DNA of 63,885 bases, the filler included, from Olpidium bornovanus S191 (lineage: Eukaryota > Fungi > Olpidiomycota): NCBI GenBank assembly GCA_017911155.1. It is 31 parts of 31 records of this genome, joined end to end, with 100 filler letters (N's around TTAATTAATTAA, not from the genome) between each part and the next. Parts side by side here need not be neighbours in the genome. Positions count along the whole stretch, not along the records: positions 46,875 to 49,539 come from JAEFCI010000969.1; positions 49,640 to 50,932 come from JAEFCI010004967.1; positions 51,033 to 52,170 come from JAEFCI010000594.1; positions 52,271 to 54,766 come from JAEFCI010006644.1; positions 54,867 to 56,335 come from JAEFCI010008103.1; positions 56,436 to 57,448 come from JAEFCI010002731.1; positions 57,549 to 58,582 come from JAEFCI010005441.1; positions 58,683 to 62,684 come from JAEFCI010003090.1; 23 more parts are not named here. One strand, written 5' to 3'. The notes beneath the pieces were generated by a model. It was given only the letters and a program-made list of their open reading frames with translations, was not told where the DNA came from and made no database searches. The translations under genes and the position numbers were made by a program. Below, in pieces: positions 49,201 to 61,383 of the stretch; positions within the stretch are counted from its first letter, which is position 1, and the number at the start of each line of letters is the position of its first letter.

Positions 49201-49430
49201 GAATTGTCAATCGCCCCCCTTTTTCTTCCCGCCGGACCAGAACGGAATGAAAGAAGAAAACGACGCGGGAACGGGGCCTGGTTCCCGCGGCAAGACGGGC
49301 TCTCCGCCCCACCAAACGGCCCACCCCAATTTATGTATCTTAACGACGGGGCCCCGGCAGGCCGTTTTTTTCCCCTTCTTCTTCCCGTTCTTCTGCTATA
49401 ATTGGTGTTTGGACCCCGCGAAAAGGCCTC

Positions 49431-49533
<103 letters not shown>

Positions 49534-49652
49534 TCTCGTNNNNNNNNNNNNNNNNNNNNNNNNNNNNNNNNNNNNNNNNNNNNTTAATTAATTAANNNNN
49601 NNNNNNNNNNNNNNNNNNNNNNNNNNNNNNNNNNNNNNNCGGGCCATGGGAG

Positions 49653-50771
49653 ATGGCGGCGACATCGAAGTTTGCGTCGCCTTACTGCAGTATGCCGGTT
49701 GAGCATGACGACAAGTTCGCACTGCATTTCTCTCTGGTTCTGACTGCTTCTCTTCTCTGCAGACTGCGTCGGTCTATGATGGTGTCGTTCTGCCAAGTGA
49801 TGCAGTGGCCTCCGTCAGTATTTCTCCCTGCAGACCCTCGCGAGCTCGAGTTCCTCTTCCTTCCGTCCGATTTCCAATACTGCGGTCCTGACGGCCCGTT
49901 CGATCGCGATTACGACCCGCGACCCGACCCCGTCGTCGACGATTTTTATATCCAGTGTCACTTTTTGGTGGACGAGGTCTCGGCCCCCTTCCCCGATGCC
50001 GAACTCCCAGACGACTACATCCCTCCGGTCCTTGGGCGCGCCCGTTCCTGCTGGTTTCCCTCATCCCGTTTGACCGCCTCCTCCTATAACGTCATACTTG
50101 AGTGGGCGCGCCGTCGAGAATCCTTCCCAGCACTAACGTCACGGATCGCCGACAGCCAAGTGCGTACGCGGAGCTTCCTCTTCGCTGACCTTTGGCGAAA
50201 CGATACAGGAAACGAAAGTGACAGCGGCGAAGGTGGAGGTCGCAACTCGGCCAATCCCAGAGAAGTCGATGACGGCGATCAACCTCCTCCGGCTCGTCGC
50301 CACCGTCTTACCCGGTCTTCTGCCGCGTCGGCTGCTCCTTCCGTGTCGGTTTCTGCCCTCGCACCGCCATCTGGTTCCTCGATCGCTACCCCTGATAATC
50401 CGTCCTCCGCTGGACGCATGACCCGCTCTCGCACTGCGGCGGCTTCAACGCTAACGGTTGTTGAATCTAGTTCTGCGTTCGTTGCACAACCCGGGCAACT
50501 CGCTGCCTCCGTTCCGGAAACGGTAGGTACCCCCAGCTCCGAATCCTCCCAACCGTCGGTAGCTCGAGCCCCAGCCAGCTCGTCGTTCAGCGCGGCTCCC
50601 GGCAGAACGTCTGCATCTAGAACCGGCGTGACTGTTCCAGCAACGACTTCGCCTCCGACTGCGCCTTCAACCACACTGCCCGATCCTGCCACCGGCAGTT
50701 CGCTGCTTGTCCCGCCCATTCCCAGGCACCTCCCATCTTCCGCGAGGGAAGATCCTCCTACTAGTTCGTAG
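49653..50771 (+). CDS. Unknown-family protein (copy 2), paralog of 23509-24372; 5' end may be truncated
   Basis: Intronless 372-aa ORF containing QVMQWPPSVFLPADPRELEFLFLPSDFQYCGPDGPFDRDYDPR..PDAEL..RARSCWFP..FLFADLWR. Confidence 0.78.
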   Translation: MAATSKFASPYCSMPVEHDDKFALHFSLVLTASLLCRLRRSMMVSFCQVMQWPPSVFLPADPRELEFLFLPSDFQYCGPDGPFDRDYDPRPDPVVDDFYIQCHFLVDEVSAPFPDAELPDDYIPPVLGRARSCWFPSSRLTASSYNVILEWARRRESFPALTSRIADSQVRTRSFLFADLWRNDTGNESDSGEGGGRNSANPREVDDGDQPPPARRHRLTRSSAASAAPSVSVSALAPPSGSSIATPDNPSSAGRMTRSRTAAASTLTVVESSSAFVAQPGQLAASVPETVGTPSSESSQPSVARAPASSSFSAAPGRTSASRTGVTVPATTSPPTAPSTTLPDPATGSSLLVPPIPRHLPSSAREDPPTSS

Positions 50772-51032
50772 ATGCCGTCCTCTTCCCTTGCATACGGCGG
50801 TTCTCCCGTCACATGTCCACCCCTTCAGCCGGCGTTTCCTTAGCAGCGCTCGCCCTCCGGTCGGCCAGCGTCGCTGTCAAAAATCCGGGTCTGAAGTCAA
50901 AGACTCCTCAATTTCACTCTCAACAGTATCTANNNNNNNNNNNNNNNNNNNNNNNNNNNNNNNNNNNNNNNNNNNNTTAATTAATTAANNNNNNNNNNNN
51001 NNNNNNNNNNNNNNNNNNNNNNNNNNNNNNNN

Positions 51033-51345
51033 CATGCAAATGGTGCCAGCTCAAACCGTCGCATCAACGTCCCAAGTCACCTTGGGATCCGGAATATGCG
51101 CAAACTCGCTCGGATCAATGGGATCGCTTTGCGGCGTCCCGCTGACGACGACTTTCCCTTTCGATGCTTGTGCATTGGGGAAGTCGCGCCGTCTCCCCAT
51201 TTCCTACGTCGAATACCACATACGCCGTCGGAGAACGTTTCGATGCCGGCATCTGTGGCTCCATTTCTCCTCTCTTTTGGATGGGCACAAGTATGCCATC
51301 ATCTTCGCTGACTCGGGAAGTCGTCGGGCGGCATCCTGGTTTTCT
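51033..51345 (+). mobile_element. Degenerate Ty1/copia GAG-pre-integrase and integrase-core remnant
   Basis: HLGIRNMRKLARING, DACALGKSRRLP, ICG and LDGHKYAIIFADSGSR..WF occur in shifting frames. Confidence 0.75.
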
Positions 51346-52095
51346 TTTTTCCACCCTTTCCTTCTTTTTTGCCCCCGTCGAGTGCGGGCCTGCTCGCCCC
51401 GCCGCAAACGCCCGGCACACGCGCGCAGGCTTGAACAGACAAAAAAAGAAAAAAAAGGAAAAAAACGTGCCGGGCAAAGGGAGGAATGGACCTTTTGGAG
51501 AAAGAAAAAAGCGGCAAAACAGCGGGCAGCGTCCGCGGGGATTCTCTCTCTCCCTGTCTGTTGATTCCGAATTGCCATCCGGTGCTCTCTGGCCTCGGAA
51601 GACACCCCCCAAAAAAAAACCAAAAACCCCCCAAAAAAACATTAAGAAAGGGGCCTGCCCGCGTACTGTACATCAGGGGGGGGGGGTCCGGGGGGTGGGC
51701 AGCGGCGGCGCCTCCGCCGCACGCGTTGCCGCCGTCGTTTCTCCTCGGCGCCCTCCGGCTCCCGCAGACGACCGACCGCCCGCCCGCCCGCCGCCCCCGC
51801 CGGCCCCCCGTCTCCCCGCCGCCGTTCCCCGTTTTCCTTCCGTGGCCTTCCTTTCTTTCGGCTTTTCGCGCCTTCCGGGCCCCCGCCGCGGCTCCCCCGC
51901 CCTGTCCCGTTCCGGTCTTTCTCCTCCTCCGCGCCGCCCCCAATTCTCGCGCGGCGGCGCGTCGCCCGCTCGCTCCCCTCACTCGCGGGGCGCGTCGCCC
52001 CCGCCGCCGACGCCCGACTCGCGCTCCTCCGCCGCGAGAAACTCGAACAGCTCTCGCTGCCTGGGTGTGAGTTTCCTGCCCGCCGCGGCGAAAGG

Positions 52096-52161
<66 letters not shown>

Positions 52162-52356
52162 GGGCCCCCCNNNNNNNNNNNNNNNNNNNNNNNNNNNNNN
52201 NNNNNNNNNNNNNNTTAATTAATTAANNNNNNNNNNNNNNNNNNNNNNNNNNNNNNNNNNNNNNNNNNNNAAAACCCCGCCCCCCTCCCCCCCCCCCCCT
52301 CCTCCCCCCCCCCCCCCCCCCACCCACCCCACCCCCGCGCAGAAGAAGAAAAAAAA

Positions 52357-54766
52357 ATGTCCGCCCGCCCGCCGCTCCCAGGCGCAGGTCCGCCGCCGGG
52401 AGGAGGAGGAGACGACGGCGCCCGAGACCCTGCTGCCGGGGGGGGCCCAGGTGAACGGCCGCCGTCGGAGCCCGATGCACCAGGAGCAGGAGGAGGAGGA
52501 GGAGGAGGAGGAGGTGCAGGAGGAGCAGGACAAGGAGCAGGACAAGGAGCAGGAGGAGGAGCAGGCGAACGGACAGACGGGGAGGACGTGCCGGGGTTCG
52601 CGGTTCAAAGGACCGCTGCCGTCCCGCCGTCGTCGAACTGGTCCGACGGCGGGGCCCGGGCCCCGGCTTCCGCCGGCTTCCATCTGCTGAGGCCGGCGCC
52701 GCTCATGTCGATATACGCGGACGATGAACAGCGCCACAACCCGTTCGCGGACGAGGAGCAGAGCCACAACCCGTTCGCGGACGCGGTGAGCCCGCACTCC
52801 AAAACCCCCTTCGACGACGTGGCTTCCCGGCCTGCGTCGGCGGGCGCGCGGAGGAAGGACAAATTCCGGAGGAGCGCCGCCGACGACGACGACAACGACG
52901 ACGACGACCGAGAGGACGAAAAGGAGGCGGAACGGGAGAAGGAGGCTCGGGCGCAGGAGGACGGCGAGGGCCGGGCGGCCTCCCGTTCGATCGCCGCGGG
53001 GACGGCGGCGCCCCCGTCGGACGGCGCCGGCGGCGGGCCTGGCGGCGACCCCGCGTCCGCGGCAGACAAACGGCTTCCGTCGCTGCCGCAAACCGCTCCT
53101 TCTCCGGCTTCGCCGGCGGCGTCGGGCGTCCCGCCGGACTCCTACGGCCCCTCGGCCTTCAGGCCGCGCGCGTGGGACGAGTCCTCCGCATCGGGCGCGA
53201 ACCCCCTCGCCGGCCCGCCCGACCAGAAAGACGACTTCGCCGCCACGGTGGCCGTCTCCTTGAACAACGACAACGACGCGGAAAACGATGTGAGGGCCCC
53301 CGGGAAGTATAAGTACCAGTCTGCGGCAATCGTCCCGGCTGCGGCGGCGCCGCCGGGTTGCGCGAGGGGAGTTTGGCTCACGCGGCGGCCGCAAATATTT
53401 TTTTTTGTTTTTTTTTTTTTTTTGGGGGGCACGAATCCGCAGCGCGTCCTTGCGTCGCAATCGCATTCGACGCCGGCGTTCCAAATCACCGTTGGCGAGC
53501 CGGTGAAGATGGGCGACAACCTTAACCCCTATATCGCCTATAAAGTCCGCACTCGGGTAAGCTGCACGGCGACCCGGCGATGAAACGCGCGCGCTCCTCT
53601 GAGCGGGCTGCTCAAGTCCCCGAATTTGCGGTGCCAATGTCCCGCCGCCCGCGAGGCCAGACGTCGATGAGCTCCTTCAGGAAGCGGGAATTCACCGTCA
53701 TAAGGAGGTACCGGGACTTCCTCTGGCTGTACAACCAGCTCACCAACGGAAACCCCGGCGTCATCGTGCCGCCGCCCCCGGAAAAGCAATCACTGGGTAC
53801 ATCGGGGTTCAACTCCCGACTTTGAGCGCGTCGCTAGCCGTCTCCACGCGTTTGAATTGGCGGAAAAACGCTGACTCGAACCGCCGGGGTGGGGGGGGGC
53901 ATATCAATAAGGCCGTTTCGCAGAAAACTTCATAGAGAACAGGCGCGTCGCGCTGGAGCGATGTCTGAATAAGATCGCCAATCACCCGCTCCTGTACAGC
54001 GATCCCGACTTCAAGACTTTTTTGGAAAGCGAAGCTTTCAGCGTAAGTCCGGAGGCCGCGCACTGCGCGCCCCCAAGTTTGGCGTCTTTGCGGACGGTGC
54101 AGTTTTTTTGATTTCTATTTTTTTTCTTCTTTTTTTGCTTTTCTAGCCGCTGACGCCGGCGGATTTGCTTTTTTCCTATTCGGTAGGCAAAGGAAAAGAA
54201 GGAAACCAAGCCGGGACTTATCAGAGCGTTTAATGAAGTGATGTCAAACGCCGCCGGTGGCTTTGTGAAATTTAATGAAAACGATGAGGTGAGATCTGCG
54301 AAGGTGAAATGGATCGTAGCCCGTGGGGCCCGTATCATCCTAATCGTGATGAATCCTTTTGCGGGCGGGGGAGGGAAGTGGTTTGATAGCAAGCGAAGCC
54401 AGCTCGACGTCTTGGAGAGCCAGCTGAAGGCCCTGCATAAGACCATCGAGGGCCTGGTCAAACAGCGAAAAGGTCCTAGGATCTCCAGAAATGCTCGCAC
54501 CGTTGGCGTATAATATCTGTCCAAGAAAATGCTGATATCGCGTTGATATGCAGAGATCGGGGCGGCTTCTGCCGATCTTGGGGAAGCAATGCTCAACCTG
54601 GCTTCCGTGGAAACGAACAAGCCGATATCCGCGAGCCTCTCCCGGCTGGCGAAGTTGCAGCGGCGGCTCCAAGGACTGTACGACAAGCAGGTGACAGTTT
54701 TCTTCGCGAGGATTATTTCACTTTTTTTTCCCTTGAGCTCCGGTACGCCCGTTTCATTAAAACATG
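52357..54766 (+). CDS. VPS5: Retromer sorting nexin Vps5/SNX1-2 (PX-BAR), 3'-partial; start at 52357 or 52705
   Basis: FQITVGEPVKMGD..YIAYKVRTR, VIRRYRDFLWLYNQL..PGVIVPPPPEKQSLG, FIENRRVALERCLNKIANHPLL..DPDFKTFLES and WFDSKRSQLDVLESQLKALHK. Confidence 0.95.
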
Positions 54767-56435
54767 NNNNNNNNNNNNNNNNNNNNNNNNNNNNNNNNNN
54801 NNNNNNNNNNTTAATTAATTAANNNNNNNNNNNNNNNNNNNNNNNNNNNNNNNNNNNNNNNNNNNNCGCCCCCTCCCCCCTTCCCCCCCCCCCCCCCCCC
54901 CCCCCCGTTGCGAACGGCAAACTCCGCCACCGCCCCCCAAAATCGAATTGGAGCGGAACAAGGGGAGGAGACGCTCCGCCGCGCTCTTTCCCCCCTCCCT
55001 CTGCTTCAGGAAACCCCTGGGGAACCCTTTGCGCCCGTTTGTTGCGCGGTCTTCCCTCCCCGCAAACACACGCACACGCACACGCCACACTCGCCACCTT
55101 TCCCCACCCTGGGACGGGGTGGGGGAAAATGAGCCTTTTTTATTCTTGTGTGTGTGCTTGCGTGTTCGGGGGAAAGTTGGGAGAAGGCGGCATTTGGCAG
55201 GGTTTACCGGTTCTACCGTGCTTACTGGTATAGGGAGCGCGGCGTGTATGGCTTGCAGCTCAGGATGATATTTCGTATGGCGTGTATGGCAGCCTAGGTT
55301 CTGTTGGGGCCGCTCCCCACGCCAAACCAAAACAAAAGCAAAAAAGAAAAGCCAGAAGTCTAGGCCGTCTCTAACACGAAGACCTTCATCAGCAACCAAC
55401 AACAAATCCTCCCGGCATTTTTTGGAAATGTCCCTCACGTTACCTTTTTGTATGTCCCACGTGAGAAGATCTGTCCTGTGCCTACAGCTTGGTGGTCTAG
55501 CGTGCCGTCCTGGTTAGATGCAGTTCCTGCGATTAATTTACGTTTTCGCCTGTTCGCCGAGATCAGGCGCGCCTTACCAGCGGAGCAGCTTTTGAAAATT
55601 TGCAACCATCACGCTGCCAATTCCAAAGTCTGTCAATCACGATGAACAGTCGGGTGCTCAACATCCAATAATGTCGACCTGCCGCGATAGCTCTGGATTC
55701 AAATTCGTGATTTTGTTATCGAATCCCGGATCCGGTCTATTTAAATCGCACACAGGAGTGTAAGCGAAGCCTCGCCAGGAGAGCCAGCGTCGAAGTGTTG
55801 AAGTAGTTGGTTCGATTATCGACCCCGCCATAGTGCGCTCACTGTTGCTACGTGGTCGCACTGCACGTGGATAGTGTTGTTCTCTAACTTTCCCGGGGTG
55901 TGGCTTGTTGAACGCCCGCAGTGAGTTTTTATGAGCAAGAACCTCCAATAACGAGATGTGGATCACCGCAGTTAGTTCCCGGAACATCGTGCTTTCGCGA
56001 AGGGTGCTGACCGGAAATCTGAGCAGAGAGTGGGTCGAATTGTCCGCGGGCTCAGGAACATTGCTCCCGATTTCGGCTGGGAAATGTTGCCGCCCCCCCC
56101 CCCCCCCCCCCCCCCCCCCGCCCCCGCCCCCCCCGCCGCCCAACCCCCGCCGCGCCCCCCGGCTGCCTGACGCTGCGGTCGGCGCTGGCCAATTCGTTCG
56201 TCCATAGAGCACATTTCTTTTCGCAATCGACAACCTCTGGAGGAACTTAATTCGCTTCTTTCCTCCGCTGGCACCGAGCCGATCATTTTCAATCCGACTC
56301 GTGGGCCGATTGCGATTGCTTCTTTGACGAACGAGNNNNNNNNNNNNNNNNNNNNNNNNNNNNNNNNNNNNNNNNNNNNTTAATTAATTAANNNNNNNNN
56401 NNNNNNNNNNNNNNNNNNNNNNNNNNNNNNNNNNN

Positions 56436-56471
<36 letters not shown>

Positions 56472-57665
56472 AAAGTGGGAGAAACGGGGTGGCCGGGGGA
56501 CGGGAAGAGGGACAGGACCGGATGGCAAACAGCCCGCGGCGTGCAATTTGCTTTTTCCTGCGCAGCAGCTAATTGGGGGGCTTTCAGCTGCTTTTTCTGG
56601 TCGCGGCGGGGTTTCTTCCACAACGGCGCACGGGGCGGGGGGGCTGGGGAGGGGGTGGTTGCGGGGCGGGGGAAGGGAGGGGGGTGGGGGGCGTAAAGCG
56701 GGCGAACCCGGCGCACAGTGCAGAAACGCGCTGTTCGCGCGCAAACCAACCCACGCACCCCGCATCGCCCGCGCGTGTTTGCAACGTTTTGGGGCGACAG
56801 CAGCAGCAGCAAACTGCGCCCAACCTAGCGTCCTCCCTCCTACTCCTCGGCCTCCTGGCCAAACGCGCGCGGATCTTAGCTCCCGGAATCCCCCCGGGGC
56901 GGGTGAACAGGGTGAAAGATTTTGGAGTTGAGTCAGGAGCAGCGGCACTTTTTGCACTGTGTCCCGCGTTGTCACCGTTAACCGTGGTCTCAAACTCGAC
57001 CCCGCTTGGGGCTTGTGGCTCAACACGACAGCGCGCTGAATACAGTATAAACAGCACATCATTTTTTATTCCTCCTGGTTTTCCCGAAGGGAGCGTGCCA
57101 GAAACAGCCAGGGAACCGCAAAAAAAATCCGTTGGTCGAATAATTAGGTCCACCACTTTTTCCGGGACGTGCGTTCCGCCATTTTTCTATCTTTTTTTTT
57201 AATTGGTGGAAAAAAAAAATGCGGCCGCGGGATGGGGTCAGATATTCAGCGTGAGATTGACCACTCGGAATTTTCCGGGCTGTTTGCCTTCGTTTCGCAG
57301 CCCCGCCAGGTATCGCTGCTGCCGGGGCATTGAGGTCCCGCTCTCCTTCGTCGTCTGGGTCCCTTGTTCCCTGTTTCGGGACGAGGGTGGAAAATCTCAG
57401 CCGCGAAAAACTTTCCGACGACGCGCGGCGCGTCCCGTCGCGGGGAGGNNNNNNNNNNNNNNNNNNNNNNNNNNNNNNNNNNNNNNNNNNNNTTAATTAA
57501 TTAANNNNNNNNNNNNNNNNNNNNNNNNNNNNNNNNNNNNNNNNNNNNAATTAGCGGTGCACGAGTTGGCGCCTGCCAGATACCGTGGGGCAAGTGGTCG
57601 GCGCACGCTGAATTTTTTTTCCCCATTCCTCCCCTTCCCCCGCCAAACCCACCATCCGGCAGCCC

Positions 57666-58022
57666 ATGCCCCTGCAGCCCATGGAGCAGCCGCCCGTGGC
57701 CCAGCCGCCGATCGCCGAGCTGCCTCCCGCTCCGCCGGTTCCCATCATGAACAGCGGCTACATCTCGGGCTATTTCCCCGGGTCGTTCGTCACCGGCGTT
57801 CGCGGCGAGCGCCAGATGATCGGCCTGGCGCGCCCGTCCGCCAACATCCTGTCCCCCGGCCGTATTTACAGGGCCGGACGCAGCGTCGTGGCTCCAGAGA
57901 GGCTCGTCGGCCTCCGCTTTGCCTCCCCGGGGTCCGAGCACCGCGGCCAGACGATCCACGAAGCGGTCGCGGCCACCGACCCGCGTTTGGAAATGAGCGT
58001 GCGCCCGGTCCGTTTTTACTGA
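57666..58022 (+). CDS. Hypothetical protein fragment
   Basis: Coding-like codon pattern (Pro-rich, then complex sequence). No family. Confidence 0.35.
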   Translation: MPLQPMEQPPVAQPPIAELPPAPPVPIMNSGYISGYFPGSFVTGVRGERQMIGLARPSANILSPGRIYRAGRSVVAPERLVGLRFASPGSEHRGQTIHEAVAATDPRLEMSVRPVRFY

Positions 58023-58351
58023 GAGAGGGGAAAGGAGGGTGCCGAAGGTGAAAGCGGCGGCGGGGGCAAAGAGGGGGTCCTTTTTTGATCCACGCCGGCG
58101 GGCTTAGGAAGGGGTTTTGGCCATAGGATTTCCCATTTTTTGCATTCAAGTAGCAGCATCAGCATTAGCTGAAATACGGACACCAGCCTGGGTTTCGAAT
58201 GACAAAAGTTTGTCTCCCAGACCGCCGTGGCAGTATGCGGGTTGAATTGGGCGTTTTGGCAGTGAGTGGACTCCATTTATTGCATGTTCCCGAAAGCATG
58301 AAAATCCCTTCTGCACATACAGCACCACAATAACGATTCCGTCGCAAAATT

Positions 58352-58420
58352 ATGCGCAATCGGAGAAGTCCAGAAATTCCCATTGTTTTTGTCGATTTCG
58401 ACGGGACGATCCTGCGGAAT
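58352..58420 (+). CDS. Possible first exon of a HAD-superfamily phosphatase
   Basis: IVFVDFDGTIL matches HAD motif I (DxDGT) and is followed by a GTAA donor-like site. The rest is beyond the contig. Confidence 0.45.
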
Positions 58421-58861
58421 CAGAGTAAACTAAAATGCCTGTTCCATGTCCCCCATGCAACCCATGCCTGTGACCAAATAGTAGTAAATTCTCAATCTAT
58501 CAATATCGTGGAGATTAAAAATACGCTAAAAGTACGCCGCCAGGTCGCGGTACATCCAGTTTGCCACCCATCCGTTCCTTCCNNNNNNNNNNNNNNNNNN
58601 NNNNNNNNNNNNNNNNNNNNNNNNNNTTAATTAATTAANNNNNNNNNNNNNNNNNNNNNNNNNNNNNNNNNNNNNNNNNNNNTGCTCCAAGAAAATAAAA
58701 AAGAGCGCGGGCCTTGCATCATGTTGTTTTATTTTTGTTTTGTTTTTTTTTTTTTTTTTTTTTTTGCGCGACAGGTTTTTCTGTGGGAGCGCGCGCGCGC
58801 GCTCGCGCGTCCAAAAGCGCGTTTGTCGGCAAAAAAAAAAAAAAAAAAAGTAAAAAAAAAC

Positions 58862-59417
58862 CTTGTGGAAGGTCAGGTTTTTGTCGAACGGGATAATCCT
58901 GTTCAGCGGCGTGTTCCTTAGCACGGTTATCAACGTCCGGCAGACCGGGAACAGGATGATGCCGGTGTTGACGTGGATGACGAGGGCGGCGCCGCGGGCC
59001 GTGGGGTAGGTCTCTCCGAGGACGGTGTTCATGAGCACCTGGTTGTCCGAGAACTTGAAGTTGACGAACGCGAGGGAGAACATAAGGATCTGGGCAATGA
59101 CCCAGACGGTGAAGAATATGACCTTGTACCCTGCGGGAAAAGGAGCGGAGCGGAGCCGCCGGCCACCACGCGAGAAGAGGTTTCAGCTCCCCGGTGGGTG
59201 GGTGGTGGGAAAAAAGGGGGGGGGGGGGGGGGGGGGGGAAAAAGGGGGGGGGGGGGGTATGGGTGGGAAAGAAGGCGAGCGTGGGGCGGAGCGCGCGGCC
59301 ACCTTCGTTGATCATCCAGGTGTCGAACCGCTCGCCCCACGTCATTGTCGGCCCCGCTCCCAGTTCGTCGGCGTGGGGGACGACCTTGCCCCCGTAGGGC
59401 TGGACCTTGTTCAACAT
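58862..59417 (-). CDS. noxB: NADPH oxidase, fungal NoxB/Nox2 type, 3'-partial
   Basis: WGERFDTWMINEGGR, then ARGAALVIHVNTGIILFPVCRTLITVLRNTPLNRIIPFDKNLTFHK. The N-terminal extension and WMxNEG are characteristic of NoxB. Confidence 0.92.
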
Positions 59418-61383
59418 CGTTCGCCGCGCGCGTGACGGGGGAAAAGGAGAGCCGGGTGGGCCTGCCACGGGCGCGAGCGGAAGGCGGAAGGGCTGCCGGG
59501 GGGTTGCGCGACGCGCTTCACTCTCTCTGTGTGTGTCTCTCGCTCGCTGTCTATCTCACCGGCGGCGGGGCGGCGGGGACGCACGACGGAGACGCGCGCT
59601 GCGCATGTGTTTTTTGCTGCGCGAAACGGGAAACGACCAGGCGACGATCGGCGCAGGGGAGGACGAGAAAGCAGAGGGAGGCGAAGGGAGGCCGAGAGAG
59701 AGCGGGACGGCCCCGGGGCGGAAATGGGGAGCGGGTAAGGGGGCAGGACAAGACAGGAAAGGTTGCTTGCTTCTGCAGCTCTCTTCCACGTGGTCCGCCG
59801 CGCTCCGCTCTCTCTCACTCCTGTCTCTCTCTCTCTCTCTCTGGCTCTCGCTATCACTCTCCCTCCCCCTTCCCGCCCGACTCGCCCGCTAAACGGCGTT
59901 TCGCCGCGGGGAAGCCAGAGAGCCATTTTCTGCCGCCTTCCAGGCCAATCGCGGCGGCCCTTCGGCGTTTCTGTCCCTCTCGCTCTCTCCGGCTCTCTCT
60001 CCACCCGTCGAACCATTCGTCGACCGAGAGTCCTTTTAACGCGTCCAAATATTCCCCGCGACGCGGCCCCCCCCCACAACCAACGTGCGCGCCGCCAAAC
60101 ACGCGCAACCCGGCTTCCTTCGGGGATTGTCATTTTACCCCCAACGCCCGAAAGGGATTTTTTTATTGTTGCCGCCCCGAGGGGGAAGGAGGACGCGTTT
60201 TTTTTTTTTTTTTTTTTTTGTTTTGCGCTAGTTTTGAAGTTGCAGTAGAAAACAAGTATTCAGATAAATGAATCCGCGGTTGAGATCTTTTCCTCCAGAG
60301 CCGCAGGAAAAACCCGGCGACAAAACCAAAATAAAAAATCCAAAAATGCAAGAAAATGCGGGAAAACAACACAACTCACATCGTAACCCCGCGTTCTGTC
60401 GGGTCCTCGGGTCAAAGAGCAACCCCTCTTCCCCTTTCCCCGAACGCCCCTGCCTCCGTCGGCCTCGACACTCCTCCTCTCCCCCCTCTACCTCACTTCC
60501 CTTAACCTCCTCGGGGAGTTTATATTAGGTCCTTTCACCGTCGGTGCACCGTGACGGGGGGAAGCGCCGCAAGGCGGGAAAAGGAGGGGAGGGGAAGGAG
60601 GGGAGGGGGAAGAGGGGGGAGGGGAGGGGGAAGAGGTGTTGGTTTGCAAAGGAGTGGTGTCGTTCGCCAGGCACCCGGGAGAAAAAAATTAAAATGCGGA
60701 GAAGCTTTGACTTGATTACATTAAGATGGAGGCGGTGCGGGCGGGTAAGGCGATGTTAATTGGTGGGATTTGTTGTTCGACCGGCCGGCCGTCGGCTCGA
60801 TCAGAAAAAGAAAGAATGGGAAACATCTTAAAAACCGGGGGGGGGGGGAATTAAAATATGTGTGTGTCTGTTTGCGGCCTTGATTTGGGGGGGAAGGGAA
60901 TGGTGGCGATGGTGGCGGTGAAAGCGGTGATTATGGGGAGGATTGGAGAGCGAGCGGAGGTGACGAACAAACAAAAAAAACACGTGAAGTTGCGACGGAG
61001 AGGGATAGCGCTTTCGAAAGCAGGGGGGAAAGCCGCCCCTTTGGCTGCGGGCGCGAGGGAACGAGCGAAAGAGGGGCGGAAAGCGTAAGGTGGATAAGGA
61101 TATGGGAACAAGTGCGTGCAGGGAGGAGGAGGGGAAGGAGGGGGGTGGGGGGAGAGCGAGGTGCTGTGAGTGAGTGAAATGTGCGTTGTGTGGCGTGTGT
61201 GTTGTGTGTGCGCCATTCGTGAACAGCGAGAAAAATTTCGGTTGAGCCGAGGGAGGGGATACGGGGTGGAAGTGCGGGGGGGAGGCCTGAGAGAAAAAAC
61301 CCCTCTCTCTCTCCCTCCCTTCCTCTCCTCAAAGCCGCACCCCGGCGCCGCAGGGAAGAGAACGGCGGGCCGCGCCGCCGGCG

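Noticed and set aside
54867-57448. Genes on these two contigs
   Set aside because: There are coding-like stretches but no recognisable motifs, and strand and exon structure could not be resolved by eye.
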